From positions 54,965-74,964 of the forward strand of contig JALXBF010000039.1 of NCBI GenBank assembly GCA_026991575.1: DNA of 20,000 nt. Direction: 5' to 3'. A model generated the notes under the pieces. The model ran no database searches and was not told where the DNA came from. It saw only the letters and a list, made by a program, of their open reading frames with translations. Below, piece by piece: positions 17,326 through 20,000 of this stretch; position 1 is the stretch's first letter, and every line of letters begins with the position of its first letter. The position numbers and the translations under genes are program-made. Source of the DNA: Planctomycetota bacterium (GTDB taxonomy: Bacteria > Planctomycetota > Planctomycetia > JALXBF01).

Positions 17326-18063
17326 TCAGGCGTCGTGCTGATACTTGCGCTCGCTCAACCGCTGGCGTGCGATCCGTTCGATCCGATCGACCACCTCCTC
17401 CAGCGTTAGCTCGCTGGTATCGATGATGATCGCATCCGGTGCGGGCAGGAGCGGTCCGTACGAGCGCTGCTGATCGCTGCGATCCCGCGCGACGATCTCT
17501 TTGAGCACGGTGTCGAGCGAGACGCGCTCGCCAAGCGCGGCAAGGTCGCGCAGTCTGCGGCGGGCACGGACCTGGGGGGTTGCGGTTAGAAAGATCTTGA
17601 CGGCTGCGTCTGGGAAGACGACTGTGCCCTGGTCGCGTCCCTCGGCAACCAGGTCCGTGCCATAGCCGGCAGCTCGCTGCAGGGCGACCAGCTTCTTGCG
17701 GACCGGAGTGGAGTTGGCCAGGCGTCGGACCGCTCGCGTCAGTTGTCGGCTGCGAAGCTCGTCGGTAACATCCTCGCCGTTGAGCAGGACACGATCGTCG
17801 CGGAGCTCGATGCGAAGCGTGCCCACGAAGTCGGCCAACTCGTCATCAGGCGCGTCGAGCTTACCGGCGCGCAGGGCGGCCAGCGTCGCGGCTCGGTACA
17901 TCGCGCCGGTGTCCAGGTACTGGAAGCCGAGCCGGCGCGCCAGGGCACGAGCTACGGACGATTTCCCCGCGCCGGCAGGTCCGTCGATGGTGATGACGAA
18001 GCCGAGTGACGGTTCGGCCTGAGTGGTTTCGGCCCGGGCACCGCCCCGGTCTGCTACGTCCAC
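17326..18063 (-). CDS. cmk: cytidylate kinase
   Basis: ITIDGPAGAGKSS P-loop, YLDTGAMYRA, EGRDQGTVVFPDA and RDRSD..R..PL. The GTG start overlaps the upstream TAG by 1 nt. Confidence 0.96.
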   Translation of the reverse strand: MDVADRGGARAETTQAEPSLGFVITIDGPAGAGKSSVARALARRLGFQYLDTGAMYRAATLAALRAGKLDAPDDELADFVGTLRIELRDDRVLLNGEDVTDELRSRQLTRAVRRLANSTPVRKKLVALQRAAGYGTDLVAEGRDQGTVVFPDAAVKIFLTATPQVRARRRLRDLAALGERVSLDTVLKEIVARDRSDQQRSYGPLLPAPDAIIIDTSELTLEEVVDRIERIARQRLSERKYQHDA

Positions 18064-20000
18064 TAGCCAACCTCCACCTCTAACTGGACCACCTCGTTGG
18101 CAAGGATATCTACTTCCGCCCCGTCATCCACGAGGTCCGCCTCAAATAGCGGCTCGCCCAGAAAATCGGTTAGCAGCGCCCGGCGGATCGGCCGCCAGAA
18201 ACGGACCCGGGTGCGCGTGGCTTCGCCGGCCGTCTCCAGCAGGCGGAGCTGGAAGCGTTTTCCGTTCGGGTCAAGGGGCCACAACTGGAGCACGTGCACG
18301 TTGCGGGCGTCTACGTGTAGGAACCAGCCCTGCTCTGGCCCACGCGGCACTCGATCGGTAGCATCCATGGCCACGGGGGGACACAACAGGGATTGGAGCA
18401 CGGCGTAACTGTTGGCCGGGTCCAGGTACAGGGCAAACTCGAAGAAGCGTCTTTCCTCTGTTGCCGTCACCAGCAATAGATCGGCCATCCGCCGATGCGG
18501 CCTGACGTAGAAGGGAAGCCCGCCGGTGAGAATGGCCGTGCGCCGGGGCGGGTCATACAGTTCCACAAAGGCAGGTGCTTCGAAACGTTCCTGACGCGTA
18601 GGGGTTCGCAGCGCACCGTTAGCACGGGCCAGAACAGTTGCTGGATCGGGCCATGCGAAGCGGGCGCCCAGGTACTGGACCCAGGGCGACTCCTGGCGAT
18701 CCCACAGGTCACTGACCACATCCCAGAACTCAACCGCCACACGGATCAGGTCATCGTCCGCGTAGCACTGATAGGCGATCCGATAACGTGCGATCAGACC
18801 GTTCAGGCTGGCCGCTGGGGGGGGCTCCCCCACCATCATCCCCTCGGCAACCACTTCCACGAAGTCCGCGGCCTCGTGCTCAACGCTCAGCCTCAAGCAG
18901 TTCATGTAGCTTCGGCTGGGCGTGGGTAACTCCGCGTACGGTTCCGGTTCATGACTTTCCGCAGTGCTGCTCGGAAAGCCGCAGCCCACCAGCTGGCAGC
19001 CTACTCGTGGAACACGGTCGCCCGGCCGCCCGAAGCCCCGGAGCATGCCACTGGGCCGATCCAGCGTGACGACGTAGCGTTCATTCTGGATGACCAGTGT
19101 CTGCTCGCCATGCTCCACGATCCGCAGTGGCGTTCTCACGGCTGAGGGCCCGCTGACGCAGCAGTACCCGAAGCCCGGCACCGACACGGTGCCGGGGGTG
19201 CGTTCCGGTTCGGCCCACGCGCCTCGGGCCGTCGGGTCGATCGTGTAGGGTTGTCCCAGCGGACGGATGGCGAAGGGGGCCGGCGCGGCAGGGCTGAGCG
19301 GAACCTGCACAGTGTGGGCCGAAGCGTTCAGCAGCACGCGCACCGTGTTTGCACCCCGGTCGCCTGGTTTGCTGCGGAGCAGAGCGTTGGCAAGCTGCTC
19401 GGAGCTGCGAGAGAGTGCCTGCAGGAGGGAACGGTCCGCGGAGCCGTTGCCCGCTGCGTAGCCCTGCCGGTGAAGCTCCTGCGGCAGCTCCACGCGTACA
19501 CGTAACGTGCGAGCCACCTCGGCCCAGAAACCGATGGCCTGCAGCAACGCGTCCCTGCGCCACCGTAGCAAATAGCGGCTCACCGGATGCTCATGCCCGG
19601 CCACATGATCACGCATCAGGAAGGCAGATCGGTAGCCGTCTTCCGGTTGATGGCTGCTGACGTCGGTAGGATCGGTCGTCTGGAAGTAATCGGTTAGCGT
19701 GCACCAACGACCGAAGCAGTTCGTGTACTGGGCAATGCGGGCCACCAGATCGGCCCACAACGGGTCGCCTTTGGCCTGGTACGCCCAGACCGTGGTGGGG
19801 ACGTGATCGGAGGCGATACTCTGGGCAACGGCCCGACCATAGGCCAACACGTCCACGGGCTCGTCCAGACTGTGCGGAAGCCTGGTGAGCGCTTCGACGC
19901 TGGCGGTTGCGACGCCCTCCCAGCGGATCTTCGGCTCATAGTGTTCCGGGAACAGTGCCCCGTCGAGGCTGTAGTGGAGTGCGTAGTAGGTGTTCATCCG
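18063..20000 (-). CDS. large uncharacterised protein, C-terminus resembling the GH38 alpha-mannosidase beta-sandwich region (5'-truncated)
   Basis: Frame is open to the window edge (over 644 aa). IQNERYVVTLDRPSG and the terminal LRLLETAG...LTDFLGEP...ILANEVVQLEV recall GH38 C-terminal domains. No catalytic motif is visible. Confidence 0.6.
   Translation of the reverse strand, partial: RMNTYYALHYSLDGALFPEHYEPKIRWEGVATASVEALTRLPHSLDEPVDVLAYGRAVAQSIASDHVPTTVWAYQAKGDPLWADLVARIAQYTNCFGRWCTLTDYFQTTDPTDVSSHQPEDGYRSAFLMRDHVAGHEHPVSRYLLRWRRDALLQAIGFWAEVARTLRVRVELPQELHRQGYAAGNGSADRSLLQALSRSSEQLANALLRSKPGDRGANTVRVLLNASAHTVQVPLSPAAPAPFAIRPLGQPYTIDPTARGAWAEPERTPGTVSVPGFGYCCVSGPSAVRTPLRIVEHGEQTLVIQNERYVVTLDRPSGMLRGFGRPGDRVPRVGCQLVGCGFPSSTAESHEPEPYAELPTPSRSYMNCLRLSVEHEAADFVEVVAEGMMVGEPPPAASLNGLIARYRIAYQCYADDDLIRVAVEFWDVVSDLWDRQESPWVQYLGARFAWPDPATVLARANGALRTPTRQERFEAPAFVELYDPPRRTAILTGGLPFYVRPHRRMADLLLVTATEERRFFEFALYLDPANSYAVLQSLLCPPVAMDATDRVPRGPEQGWFLHVDARNVHVLQLWPLDPNGKRFQLRLLETAGEATRTRVRFWRPIRRALLTDFLGEPLFEADLVDDGAEVDILANEVVQLEVEVG

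Overview
High-GC bacterial chromosomal window, most consistent with a Planctomycetota genome (inferred from gene content, not proven). It holds the 3' end of an unknown CDS, tRNA-Leu(TAG), a two-gene fwdD-fwdB unit, an HD-GYP phosphodiesterase divergent from a membrane Ser/Thr kinase with TPR repeats, a rearranged dcw cluster, cmk and a truncated GH38-like protein. In the dcw cluster, ftsW-murG (-) and murE-murF-mraY (+) are separated by an aldolase / cysteine desulfurase / Asp-box propeller operon, and murD is absent from the window. The most notable item is the FwdB: it retains the archaeal-type [4Fe-4S] and W/Mo-ligand residues and has its own FwdD partner, with no fwdA/C nearby. No mobile elements, CRISPR arrays or rRNA were seen.
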